The position numbers and the translations under genes were made by a program. From the human T2T-CHM13v2.0 reference genome, Homo sapiens, in assembly GCF_009914755.1 (NCBI RefSeq), contig NC_060927.1: a stretch of DNA of 64,000 bases; one strand, given 5' to 3'. This document shows positions 1 to 11,114 of the stretch, one piece after another; the stretch's first letter is position 1, and each line of letters opens with the position of its first letter. Below the pieces are notes generated by a model that worked only from the letters and a program-made list of their open reading frames with translations, was not told the origin of the DNA and did not search any database.

Positions 1-1370
1 GTGACAGATCTCTGTGCTCATTGGCCAGGTAATGTGATTCTCTTTTCCTGTCTGGTCCCTTTACACAGAAGGGATTGTGACATGTTGTTGGGCTTAGCAC
101 CAAGTTGATGTGAATCTTCTGCCTGGATCAAGTTCACAGAAGGCCTTGTGACATACCTCTGTGTCCATTACCTATTTGATGTGACTCTCCTCTCTTACCT
201 GAACATTGCCCATAAGAGAGATTGTGACATATCTTTGGGCCAAGCACCAGGATGATGTGACTCTTCTCCCTGCCTCGGTCATGCCCACAGAGGGAAGTGT
301 GACTTATAACTGGGCACAGCACACAGGTGAAGTGATTCTTCTGCCTGGTCCATACCTACAGGAGTCATTGTCAAATACCTCTGGGCCCATCATCTAGACT
401 ATGTGACTCTCTACTTCTTCCTAGGGCCTGCTCACATAAGGATTGTGACATATTACTTTGCCCAGTACCTACATGATGTGACTTTTCTCTCATGTCTGGG
501 CTCCGTCTTGGAGATGAATGTGACACACAGCTAGGCCTGGCCCCTAGGTTATGTAACTTCTTTTTCAAAATCCTACTCACCAGGGGCATTGAAACATCTC
601 TCTGGGCACTTCACTTAGGTAATGTTACCCTGTTGCCTGGAGCCTCCCCTCAGGGGGTATTGTGACACATTGCTGGACCCAGTACCTATGTGATATACTC
701 TCCTTTCTTGCCTGGGCCCTGTATATGTTGTGTATTGTAATATATGGCTGGGTTCAATGACTAGGTGATGCAATTCTTATGCATAGGCCCTACCCACAGG
801 GACACGGTGACATTTCTTTAGCTCTGACTCTCCTCTTCTGCCTTAGCCCTGCCAAAAACGGAGGTGGTGACATATAACTGGACCTAGCAACCAGCTAATA
901 TGGCTCTCCTCTTTTGCCTGCACCCAGCATATTTTGGGTATTGTGATGTATCATTTATCTCAAAACCTGCAGGATGAAAGGCTCCTGCCTGAGCCCAGCC
1001 ATCAGTAAAAATTGTCATTCTCCCACATGGACACAGCCCATAATTGAGGTTCTGAATCTCACACCCAGAGGCAGTCAAAAGTTGGAAAGTTGGCTCTCAT
1101 AAGTGGATGTTGTCCACAAGTGGGTTTATGACTCCCTGACCAAGATCCAAAACACTTGTGAGGCTGTGACTCCACTAAGATAACTCAATTTTCAAAAGGT
1201 ATTAAGGCTCTCATGGAAAAATCCATTCCACCATTGAGAATGTGACTTATGTACATAGACACAACATACAGGAGGGGTTGACTCTCATACCCAGAACCGG
1301 CACTTATATGGGATTGTTAATCTCACCCGGGGACCTTCCTGCAGGTGTGATTCAGACGTACACCTCTATG
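1..1370. repeat. Diverged tandem satellite with ~70-76 bp period (SATR1/SATR2-like)
   Basis: A motif like GGATTGTGACAT...GGGC..GCACC...GATGTGACTCT recurs at about 70, 143, 219, 295, 440, 515 and 657, with GTGAC twice per unit. It degenerates after ~970. Family name from recall. Confidence 0.7.
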
Positions 1371-1373
1371 TAT

Positions 1374-1459
1374 GTTGCAGTGAGCCGAGATCGCACCACC
1401 GCACTCCAGCCTGGGCGACAGAGTGAGACTCTCTCAAAAAAGAAAAAAAAAAAAAAAAA
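1374..1459 (+). mobile_element. Alu right-arm 3' fragment with poly(A) tail
   Basis: GTTGCAGTGAGCCGAGATCGCACCACCGCACTCCAGCCTGGGCGACAGAGTGAGACTC followed by an A tail. Confidence 0.95.
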
Positions 1460-1678
1460 CAGGCAATGACCTTGCTTCCTGCCTCTGCCTGAAGTTAGGC
1501 ATCCCTGACCTCTGCTGGCACCCAGCAGTCAAAGTGGATGGGGTCAGGGGTCAACTCTCAGCCAAGCACAGGCCCCTTCCCCTCTCGCTACCCTACACAG
1601 GTGAAGCTGCTGGTCATGGCTAACGTGGAGCTGCTCTGTGTCCCACAGTTCCCTGCTGAACCAGTAATATTTCTGGCG

Positions 1679-1745
1679 TACGGTGTGATGTTTCACTGCA
1701 TCATACTACACGGTACAGTGTGATGCAGTGAAACATCACACTGTA
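1679..1745. repeat. 29-bp inverted repeat with 9-nt loop
   Basis: 1679-1707 TACGGTGTGATGTTTCACTGCATCATACT is the reverse complement of 1717-1745 with 2 mismatches. Confidence 0.9.
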
Positions 1746-1809
1746 CTCCACAAACATGTAAAATTATGTTAATTATATGATGTGTCACTGCATCACATTG
1801 TACCATATA

Positions 1810-2228
1810 CACTGTACAGTGATCCAACCAGAGTAATTAGCATATTTAACACTTTAAACATTTATTTCCTTGTGCTAATAAAGTTCAAAATCCTCGCTTC
1901 AAGCTATTATAGAATAAACGGTACATTATTATTAGCTATAGTCATCGTGCTGTGTAATAGAACACCAGGATTTATTCTTCCTAACTGTAACTTTGTAACC
2001 CAGTGACAAAGCTCTCCCCACTCCTTCATCCTTCTGCCATCACTAACCTCTGGTAACCACCATCCTACTGTCTACTTCTATGAGACGGACTTCTTCAGAT
2101 TTCACATGAGAGAGCAAGTGGTCTTTTTCTTTCTGTGCCTGGCTTATTCCACTTAACATAATGTCCTCTAGGCTCATCCATGTTGACACAAATGACAGAA
2201 TTTCATTCTGTTTTATGACTGAACATTA

Positions 2229-2262
<34 letters not shown>

Positions 2263-2500
2263 CATTTTCTTTGTTCATTCTGTAGATGGGCACTTATACA
2301 CTGTTGGTAGGAATGTAAATTAGTACAATCATTTCCCATTTCTATAGGGAGAACAGTATGGAGGTTTTTCAATAAATTATAAATAGAACTACCATATGAT
2401 CCAGCAATCTCATTGCTGGGTTTATATCAAAGGGAAACAAAATAAGCATGTCAAAAAAGATAACTGCATTCTCATGTTTATTAAGCAGTATTCACCATAA
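1810..2500. mobile_element. Old L1 (L1M-type) 3' fragments, minus strand then plus strand, containing (TG)n at 2232-2260
   Basis: GTGCCTGGCTTATTCCACTTAACATAATGTCCTC is antisense L1 3' sequence. TACACTGTTGGTAGGAATGTAAATTAGTAC and GAACTACCATATGATCCAGCAAT are sense L1 sequence. Confidence 0.75.
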
Positions 2501-4624
2501 CCCAAACCATTATTTCTTCTAAGTATTTCTTAATTTACCTTTTTTTCATATATTACACCCTAAACTTTTAAAGGATTCATGTCTGGTTTCCAATTTCTGA
2601 AACTTATGAGTCACTGATTCTTTGTTGCCTTCCTATTTAGAGAGTCTGGTAAAACAATTAAATGCTTTTTATTTCTTCTCAATCTAATCTTCATATAAAA
2701 ATACATTTATATTTTCTATTAATTTGCCTTCTATAATATATACGACTACATTAATTGTGATCAGCATTTCACTTTACTAGCCCTCTTTTTGGCTCAGCCT
2801 ATTTTAATATGTTATTTTTATGTTGTACATTAAATTGTTTTACAACACTTTCAATACTTTACTTTGCATTTGCCTCTTTTCCAAAGATAGCTTGACAAGC
2901 TCTTAGTTTCTTTCCACATTATTTTGGTTTCTTGTTTTTCCATTATATTGACTTAAACATTTAAATATAAATTCAATATCTGAGATTTATGTGCCATATA
3001 ATTTCTTCTGATGCTTCACCCCAGTAGCTCATCTCCTTGTGTGCAACATAATTTATAATTTAATCCTCACATATGGGAGACACCGGATTCCAATGCCTGC
3101 AGGCAGTTTCTCTTTGTTTATTCCATTTGCCTTGTCAGAAGGGAACAACCCACATGGACCTGACATTCTTGTAATCAGATGCATCTGAGTGGAGCCCTGG
3201 CCTCTTAGGTTGATTACTTCTCTGGATCATTACCTTTATTTACTTCCAGTCCTGGGAAGTTTTCGTAATTTCCTTTCAACTATATTATGCATTCTGTGAA
3301 TTCTTGTAACTTCTTGGTGATTTTAATTGTCTGCATTAAGTGTTTAAAGTATATGATTTTTCTGAAAAGCAGAAATATCCATAGTTGCATATATGAGTGA
3401 AATATTTTGCATAGATTTTCTATGGCATCTATCACCATGAGAAATTCCAAGTTTTTTCATTTGAAACACCCCTCTCATCAATAGACCATATTGTAATAAT
3501 TTGTAGAATGTGATTACTTTTATATCATTAGAAAATTAATTATATATTATGTACATATTTTTGAAATACTCCACTGCAATAAATAGTATATGGTCAGAAG
3601 TATTGTTTTCTCTAACATAAAACTAATATGAGTAAAATTATTTACCTGGATTCAGATCTTTTGGCTTCAACGGCCATTCTGCCTCATTAGCACTTCTCTG
3701 ATCCATAAAAGACATCATTTGTATTTTTTGTTTAATTCATAATTTATTGAAATGAATAATTTAACATTATAAAGTTTTATGGCAATTTAGGACATTTTCA
3801 ATAAATATATTGAGCTTGAGGCCCTGGCTAAGTATTCCTTTTGTACTCGAAATCAGATTTTTCTGGCACAACTTCATTGCCTGCAATGGTATTTATAAAA
3901 AGTATGAATGCCAGCACATGGACTATTTCAATACTGTACTCATTTGTTCATGTATAAACATTTGATTAGCTATGAAACAAACCAAATACAAATGCTGAAT
4001 GTATAGTATATATCAACAAATTCAGATTCTTCACCGAAGAAAACAATAAAAGACAAATTTTCTGTGACATGTCACCTGTTCATTAGTTCTTTAATATGAT
4101 TTAGACTATTCCAAATATAAGAAAATGTACGCATCACTATTCATGTTGTCTCAATATTTTTTATCTAGGTCCTGAAGGGCATAAACAAGAATGTATATTG
4201 TCAGATTTATTTTTATAGACTTTAGATGTTTCTTTTGCTGTATTTTCTGTGCATACTACTATGAATATATGGAGACAAGGACAAATGAGCATTTAAGTGG
4301 TTACATGAATTTTGCTTATATGGCTAATTGCTTATATGGATGTTGTAAATGACAAGATAAAATAGTAAAGTTTGATAAACTTATCTGTGCCCTGTGAACT
4401 TTAGTTCACTTACTGTATAACTTAATTCAGTCACTAATAATTAGTTTAAAAAGTGTTTTTTAAAAGCTGCAAACCACACTTTATTACACATTTCTGAATC
4501 AGGAAGGGGTAAACTGTGACACAGCTTTCTTGTGCCACTGACTTTTTTGGGGAGAGACATTCTGCAATAAGAGTTTCCAAACTCTATTTATAAAAAAGCT
4601 TGAGTTTTCTTTTGTGATTAACCT

Positions 4625-7170
4625 TCACTCCTCAGTCCCTTTTACCCAAGGAATGGTTCCTAGGTCATCTTTTTGAAGTTTAGTTTCTGGAAAGTTTTCA
4701 GCAAACCTCTCCTGTGCTTTGTCCCAGTTGTTGTTGTTGTTGTTGTTGTTGAAAGTTTTCAGCAAACCTCTCCTGTGCTTTGTCCCAGTTGTTGTTCTTG
4801 TTGTTGTTGTTCTTGTTTTGGAGAAGGTGAGTCTCTTTAATTGAAGACGGTTTGTCTGTCTCCAATCCTGCATGTGTTTGCCGGAGCTGAAGCTGTATTG
4901 GAGTTTTTATTCTCCCACCATCCTTCCCCAGACCTTCTCCTGTTTTCAACACATCTTTTTCAACATCTTCTGACCTTTGTCGCCATCAGTAATTTCAGAA
5001 TGAACAGATGCAGGAGCATCATCTCTTTGGAAATTTCCTTCATTTCCAATCTGCTCCCTATGTTTTCCAGCTCTATCTTTACATTTTGGATTCTCCAGTA
5101 TCTTATCATCTTTGTAGTCTGTATTCTGTAAACCATATTTTACTCATATATTTTTAAAATCCTTTTCTTCTTTCCAACTAGTTTCCTTCTTAGTTAGTGA
5201 TGGACCAACCAATGATTCATCTTTTTTATCAAGGAAAAGGTGAGCTCTAACATGCCCTGGTTCACATCCAACACAGCTATTACTGCCAGGGTGAATGTAA
5301 TAAGATAACACAGTGTCTCCAATTTTCACTTTATCTCCATGCTCAGGTTCATAAGGGTCACATTTAGTTTTCAGCTGAACAATCCATTTTACATTAACAA
5401 TTGTTCCATTTTGACTGCCTGATCCAAAAGGACATAACTTTGTAAGTCATGGTCAAAATAAATTTCTTCATGAAACTTATACTAACTTCAGGGATTCGAA
5501 GAGTATGCTCCATGTCATTTTCTCTTCCAATTGTAGCAGATTTTACAGCAGTAATGATGAAGAATGATCCTGTCTGTAACACAGGTGATCTAATGACAAT
5601 TACTCTCATATATGAGGGCCACACTTTTTCCTCATCTGCCTCCTCAGTATCTTTTGCAGTTGCATTGCCTTTACTGGTAATGCCTTCATCATAACTACCC
5701 TCGGTCTGAGAGTCTGTAATTTCACCTTCTTCTGGTTCACTATCAGTCTCTGTGATTTTCTCATCCTTAAAAATGAATTGAGATGTTTTCATTAAGAGGA
5801 GATTCCATAGTATTTCCACTAACTGGAACAGTGAATTTTGGGGGATTATTTTTGTGTTGAATACCTATTTTGGCTTTTTTTTTTTCACATTTGTGAAATT
5901 GTCTTTCCCATTGCCGCTTGTATGTTCAACACTGAAGGCTTCTTGATCCTCTGAATTCAAATACTTTTCCTCATTTTTTTTTTTTTTTGTAGAAGAATCT
6001 GGATCCTTTCTTTTCTGAATTTTTTATTTTTGTTTTGTGCTATAAGTCTGATAAGGTTGCAAATCTACTCGAGAATGAAACCGATAGCGACCACTTTCCA
6101 CATCACATTAGTAATAAATGAAATCATAATATATTCGATTCTCAGAATCTTAATAGAAACCAGTGCTGTGGTCAAAATACAGTCCAGTATTTTCATCATA
6201 ACTAAATCCAGTCTGTGATAAAGCCGCTTCTGTTGCAGCTCTCAAACTTCCAGCTAATGACGAACCTTCTAAGGACGTATCTTGCTGCTAATGCAGATGC
6301 TGGCTCCTGTGAATCTGAGGCAAATGACCCTCTTGTCTACATTTAACATTTGGTGTCCTATCAGTACCAGGGTGAACATCATTTTCTATTTATAACTGGT
6401 CGTTAGAATTGAAAGCAGGAGTTTCAATATCCTGATCTTGCTGATTTGACAGTTCAGTCACTCACTGTATTTGGAAGACTAACATCATTACAGTAGATCT
6501 GATAATAATCTGAGATTGACCAAGGAGCATGGTTCTCTGCGAGTACTTCTACATCAGACTTTTATTATCTCCATTTTTCCCACAGCGGAGTACATTACTG
6601 AGTTCTTCCAGCTGCGTGCGGAGCTCCTGGCGGTTGCTCCTGTCGCTCTGAGCAGCCGTCCTGTGCGAGGCCATAGCTTCTCCCGTTCCCGCACCTGCCG
6701 CCTGCAGCTCCGCGTTCGGGTTCCAGCTTCTCCGCCCTCCTTCTCTGCTGGGCCAGCTCGGGCTGGGGGAGGGGGAGGAGGGGCCACAGAGAAGGCGCTG
6801 GTGGCGGGTACGGGCCCGAGGCCGTGAGTTCGGGGCCAGAGGGCTGCGGCCTCGGAGGGGCTGCGCGGGGCCGAAGCGGGGGCCGGCGGAGCCACAGCCA
6901 CGGGGGCGCGCGGGCAGCCACAGGCAGCCTCCCCGGCCAGGAGGCCCCGAAACGCGGAGCCTAACGGGGCTGCCGCAAGAGCAAGGGGACAGCGATGGCC
7001 CTGCCTGATCTGTGCGGCCTGGAATCCTGGGAACGACTGTACCTTCCCCAGCCACGGGGGCCGCGAGAGGAGCGTCGAAGTCCAGGGGCCAGAAGCGCTC
7101 CCGCTGTTCCCTAGTTGAGCTGGAAACAGTGGCCAAGCGTGTTTTAAATCGAGTTTCCGTGTGGCTAGAT
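4625..7170 (-). pseudogene. AGGF1P: AGGF1 processed pseudogene (CDS homology 6825->4625, GC-rich 5'UTR to ~7170; 3'UTR probably continues left of 4625)
   Basis: Intronless fragments in several frames match AGGF1: NRQELRTQLEELS (coiled coil), ETDSEPEEGEITDSQTE, RVIVIRSPVLQ..ATIGRENDMEHTLRIPEV (FHA), KIGDTVLSYYIHPGS, GEGLGKDGG.IKTPIQLQLR (G-patch) and C-terminal PWVKGTEE*. The start codon reads ACG at 6825-6823 and there are many frameshifts. Confidence 0.95.
4690..4815. repeat. 61-bp tandem duplication with (TTG)n expansion inside the AGGF1 pseudogene
   Basis: GAAAGTTTTCAGCAAACCTCTCCTGTGCTTTGTCCCAGTTGTTG starts at both 4690 and 4751. Confidence 0.9.
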
Positions 7171-7224
7171 ATTATCTGCTGGTTACTCTTATTTTTTTTC
7201 TCCATTCGTTGAGCTATGATTGAC

Positions 7225-9110
7225 AAATTGAAAAGTGTGTATTTTTAGGGTGTACAATAGAGTGTTTTGAGTTGTCAGTAGTCTTTAAATTACCTCAGTT
7301 ACGCTAGTTAGCATATCTATCCCCTCACATAGTGAATACGTTTCTGTGTGTGGTGAGAGCACCTGAGATCTAGTCTTGTAGCAAATTTCAAGTACACAGT
7401 ATTGTTAACTATAGTCACTATTCTGTACATTAGGTCCCAGCGGTTACTCACCTTGTAACTGAAGGTGCGCCCCTTCCATGGAAATCTCCCCACTTTCCCC
7501 ACTTCCTAGCCCATGGGAACCACTGTTCTACTGTTTCCATGGCTTTTTATTTTTTATTTTTATTTACTTTTTTAGATTTTACATACAAACGAGATCATGC
7601 AGTAGTTGTCCTTCTGTATTCGGCTTATTTCACTCAGCATAATGTCTTCAAGATTTATCAATATTGTTGTAGATGAAAGAGTTTCATTTTTATTAAAGCC
7701 GAAATTAGGTATCCCTCAGTTTATTTATCTGTATCAGAGGAGTGCAGATAACCTTGATGATCCTGATTTTATGTCCTTTGGCTATATACTCCGAATTGGG
7801 ATTAATGGTAGCTCTAGTTTAAAAATTTTAAGGAACCTCCATACTGTTTTTCATAATAGCTGCACCAATTGACATCCTCAGCAACAGTGTACAAGTGTTC
7901 TCTTTTTCTACACCCTAACACTTTTTATCTTTTGACTGTTTGATAATAGGCATCCAAACACCACGATAAGGTGATACCTCATTGTGATTTTGACTTTAAT
8001 TACTCTGATAATTAGTGATGTTGAGCATTTTTTATATACCTGCTGGCCATTTGTATATCTTTGGAAAAATTGCTATTTATATATTTTGCCCAATTATTAA
8101 TCAAGAAATTGCTTTTAATTCTGCTGTGGGTTTTTTGTATTGATTAGTATGATATATATTTTGGATAGTAACATATTATCCTACATATGGTTTACAAATA
8201 TTTTCTCCCATTCCATATAATGCCTTTATATTTTGCTGATTGTTTCCTTTATTGTGCAGAAACTTTTTACTTTGACATAGTTCCACTTGTTCATTTTTGC
8301 TTTTGTTGACTGTGTTCTTGGTGTCAAATCCAAAACATCATTGCCATGACCAGTGTCAAGGAGGTTCCCCCCCTTTTTTTTTAGAGGATTCATGATTTCA
8401 GTTCTTATGTTTAAGTCTTTATTTCATTTCAAATTCATTTTGTGATGACATGAGAGAAAGGTTCACTTTTTTCTGCGCATATCTAGTTTTTCCTACACCA
8501 CTCCTTGATGTGTTTATCCTTTCTCCATTCTGTGGGATTGGTTGACTGTATATCTGTGAGTTTATTTCTGGGTCCTCTATTCTGTTTTATTGGTTTTTAT
8601 GTAGGTACTATACTATATTAATGACTACAGCTTTGAAATATAGTTTGAAATCAGGAAGTGTAAGGCTTTCAGCCTTTTTGTTCTTCTCAGTATTTGGCTA
8701 TTTGAGGTCTTTTGTGATTCCCTACTAATTTTAAAATTGTTGTTTTACATTTTTAATAAAATGGCATTAAAATTTTGAAAGAAATTTAACTCTGTAGATC
8801 ACTTTGTGTAGTATGGATATTTTAATAATATTAATTTTTAGAATCCATGAACACATATTTCCCATTTTGTATTTTTCATTTTCTTTCCTCAACATTTTAT
8901 AGTTTTCAGTATGCAGATCTTTCATATTCTTTGTTAACTCATTCCTAAGTATTTCATTCTATTTGATAATATTGTAAATGGAACTATCTTTATTCCTGTT
9001 TCAGATATTTTGTTGTTACCGTAAAAAAATGCAACTGATGTTCATATGTTAATATTGTATCCTGAAAATTTACTGACTTAGTTGGTTAGTTATAACAGGT
9101 TTTTTTTTTT
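7225..9110 (-). mobile_element. Old L1 (L1MA/MB-type) 3' end and ORF2 remnant
   Basis: Antisense L1 text such as GGCTTATTTCACTCAGCATAATGTC, AGGAACCTCCATACTGTTTTTCATAATAGCTG and ATAGTTTGAAATCAGGAAGTGT. Confidence 0.85.
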
Positions 9111-9265
9111 CTGGTAAAATGGTGGGTATTCTGAATTCTGGTTAAACTTTAAATTGATAGTTGCTATTATCATTTCAAAATTATTTAAAATATGACCAGA
9201 TGGATTCCTGCTTTCATGAATTCAATGGAATTCAAATCTTCCCATTTAAAATAATTTTGTCTGGT

Positions 9266-10350
9266 TGACCTAGCCCCGGGGATCGGGAGCACCCCGTGGG
9301 AACCCGGAGATTCGCTTGGGGGTGGGAGGGAGAAGCCGTCAGAGAGGGGGCTGAGCTGGGGAAGCAGAGAGGGGCTCCGGGGACAGCCGGGAGGAGAGAG
9401 GGTCGTGTCGGAGGTGGGGAGAGAGAATGGGCTAGAAAAGGAGGAAGGGTGAGAGTGGGCAACAGGACGGCTTCCCGGCGCGGCAGGGAACTTTGCTGAA
9501 ACTGCGGGCCCCAGGGAACAGCGCGGGCAGGGTGGGAGGGAGTAGAGAGGACCCAGCACACCCCAAGGTCAGTGTGGAGAAAGGGACATTTCCCGGTTCC
9601 TTCGCCTCTGCCCAGGGTTCTGCGGGCATGGCCCACCCCCCCAGGGGCAGGGGAGGAGGTGGCTCCCGGCAGGCTCGGAGAACTAAGGGGCGCACACCCG
9701 CTTCTCAGGGCCGGGGTGACAGGGGAAGCCTGAGATGGCTGCGGATCTCGCTGGCCCAGTGGGTGGGCGCGGGGGACGCGGGAGGGGCCGAGCTCACCGG
9801 GCCAGCGCCGGGGCCTGCAGGTGGCCCTGGAGGAATCTTCAAGCACCCGCCCGTGCAGCGGGCCTTCCGGGAGACCAGTGTGGACAGCGCCCTGGACACG
9901 CCCTTCCCAGCTGGAACATTTGTGAGGCTGGAATTTAAGCTCCGGCAGACAGAGAAGCGGCCGGAGGAAAGACTGGAAGAAACCCAAGTGCAAAGTCCAG
10001 CCCGAGAGGAGGAAGCAGAAATGCCTGACCTGCGTCAAACTGGAATGTGAGGATAAGGTTCTGGGCAGGATGGTCGCTGCCCTCCAGAGGCGCAGACTCG
10101 GCGGGAGCCTGAGGAGCACCAGGAGGCCGGGTGCAGCCGGGCGGGGCGGGCGGTGAGGACCCCACAGCTGCTGCTTCCCTGCACAGTTCGCCTTCTCCAA
10201 GGCCCGGCCCCCAGCGGAGCCCAGCACTGAATCGCATGGCGCCCCCTGGAGCCCTGGCGGGGGTAACCAGTGGAAGACCCCACCTCCCAGGGAGAGGACC
10301 CCACTGTAACCCCAGATAATGAAACTGCTCTCTCCCCCAAAAAAATAAAT
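9266..10350 (+). pseudogene. RARRES2P: RARRES2 (chemerin) retrocopy; CDS homology ~9730-10219
   Basis: KHPPVQRAFRETSVDSALDTPFPAGTFVRLEFKLRQT and GEDP match chemerin. No coding introns, start codon is CTG (9730), and frameshifts are present. Short A tail at 10339-10350. The 17-bp target-site duplication AAATAATTTTGTCTGGT lies at 9249-9265 and 10351-10367. Confidence 0.95.
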
Positions 10351-10801
10351 AAATAATTTTGTCTGGTCTTTGAAAATGTGTATCCTCTGTGTACTGGTCA
10401 AAATGCTACCCATTTATCTATATGCCTAATTAGTCAAACTTTTTAATGAAGTTATTTAACATTCTTTTTTATTATGAAACAAAACAGTAAATTTGTTAAT
10501 GGTTTTAATATCACCTAATATGATTGAAAAGATGTCAATTTGTCATTGTCAATGAATCTTTGTGTTATTTATTTTATTTTGTTACCTATTCTGTCCATAA
10601 AGGTCTAAGTGGCTTAGAATCTTGCCTAATATATTGTATGTGCTAAGTACTAACAACTCTAATTCATCAAATTATCTTTCTATACCATTCTTAAAATACA
10701 ATATTATTTTTTATTTATTTTTGTTAAAATTTTTTTGCTTAATCTATTTATTTATGAAAATTATGAAGTCTATTCAGTTTGTCCTCTTGATAAAAGCCAA
10801 A

Positions 10802-11114
10802 GTTTTTTTTTTCCTCTCTTTTTTTTTTTTGAGACGGAGTCTCCCTCTATTCCCCAGGCTGGAGTGCAGTGACGCAATCTCGGCTCACCACAACCTCCGC
10901 TTCCCGGGTTCAGGTGATTCTCCTGTCTCAGCCTCCTGAGTAGCTGGGACTACAGGCGTGCTCCACCATGCCCGGTTAATTTTTTTTTTTTTTTTAGTAG
11001 AGACGGGGTTTCACCTGTATTGGCCAGGCTGGTCTTGAACTCCTGACCACGTGATTTGCCCGCCTCAGCCTCCCAAAGTGATGGGATTATAGGCTTGAGT
11101 CACCGCGCCAGGCC
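10802..11114 (-). mobile_element. Full-length Alu (AluS-like)
   Basis: Poly-T, GAGACGGAGTCTC...CTCCCAAAGTGATGGGATTATAGGC...CCAGGCC. Confidence 0.95.

Noticed and set aside
1-970. Regularly spaced repeats as a CRISPR-like array or zinc-finger array
   Set aside because: Whole units are degenerate copies with no unique spacers, the period is not 84 bp, there is no C2H2 frame, and the context is primate genomic DNA.
4698-4952. Poly-Q and poly-N containing ORFs
   Set aside because: Frameshifted AGGF1 pseudogene plus (TTG)n repeat.
9493-10050. 185-aa ORF as a functional chemerin variant
   Set aside because: TTG start, lost ATG and signal peptide, and only a short in-frame chemerin segment between frameshifts.
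9232-10413. 393-aa minus-strand ORF
   Set aside because: Antisense shadow of the GC-rich RARRES2 retrocopy, spanning almost exactly the insert. No recognisable domain.
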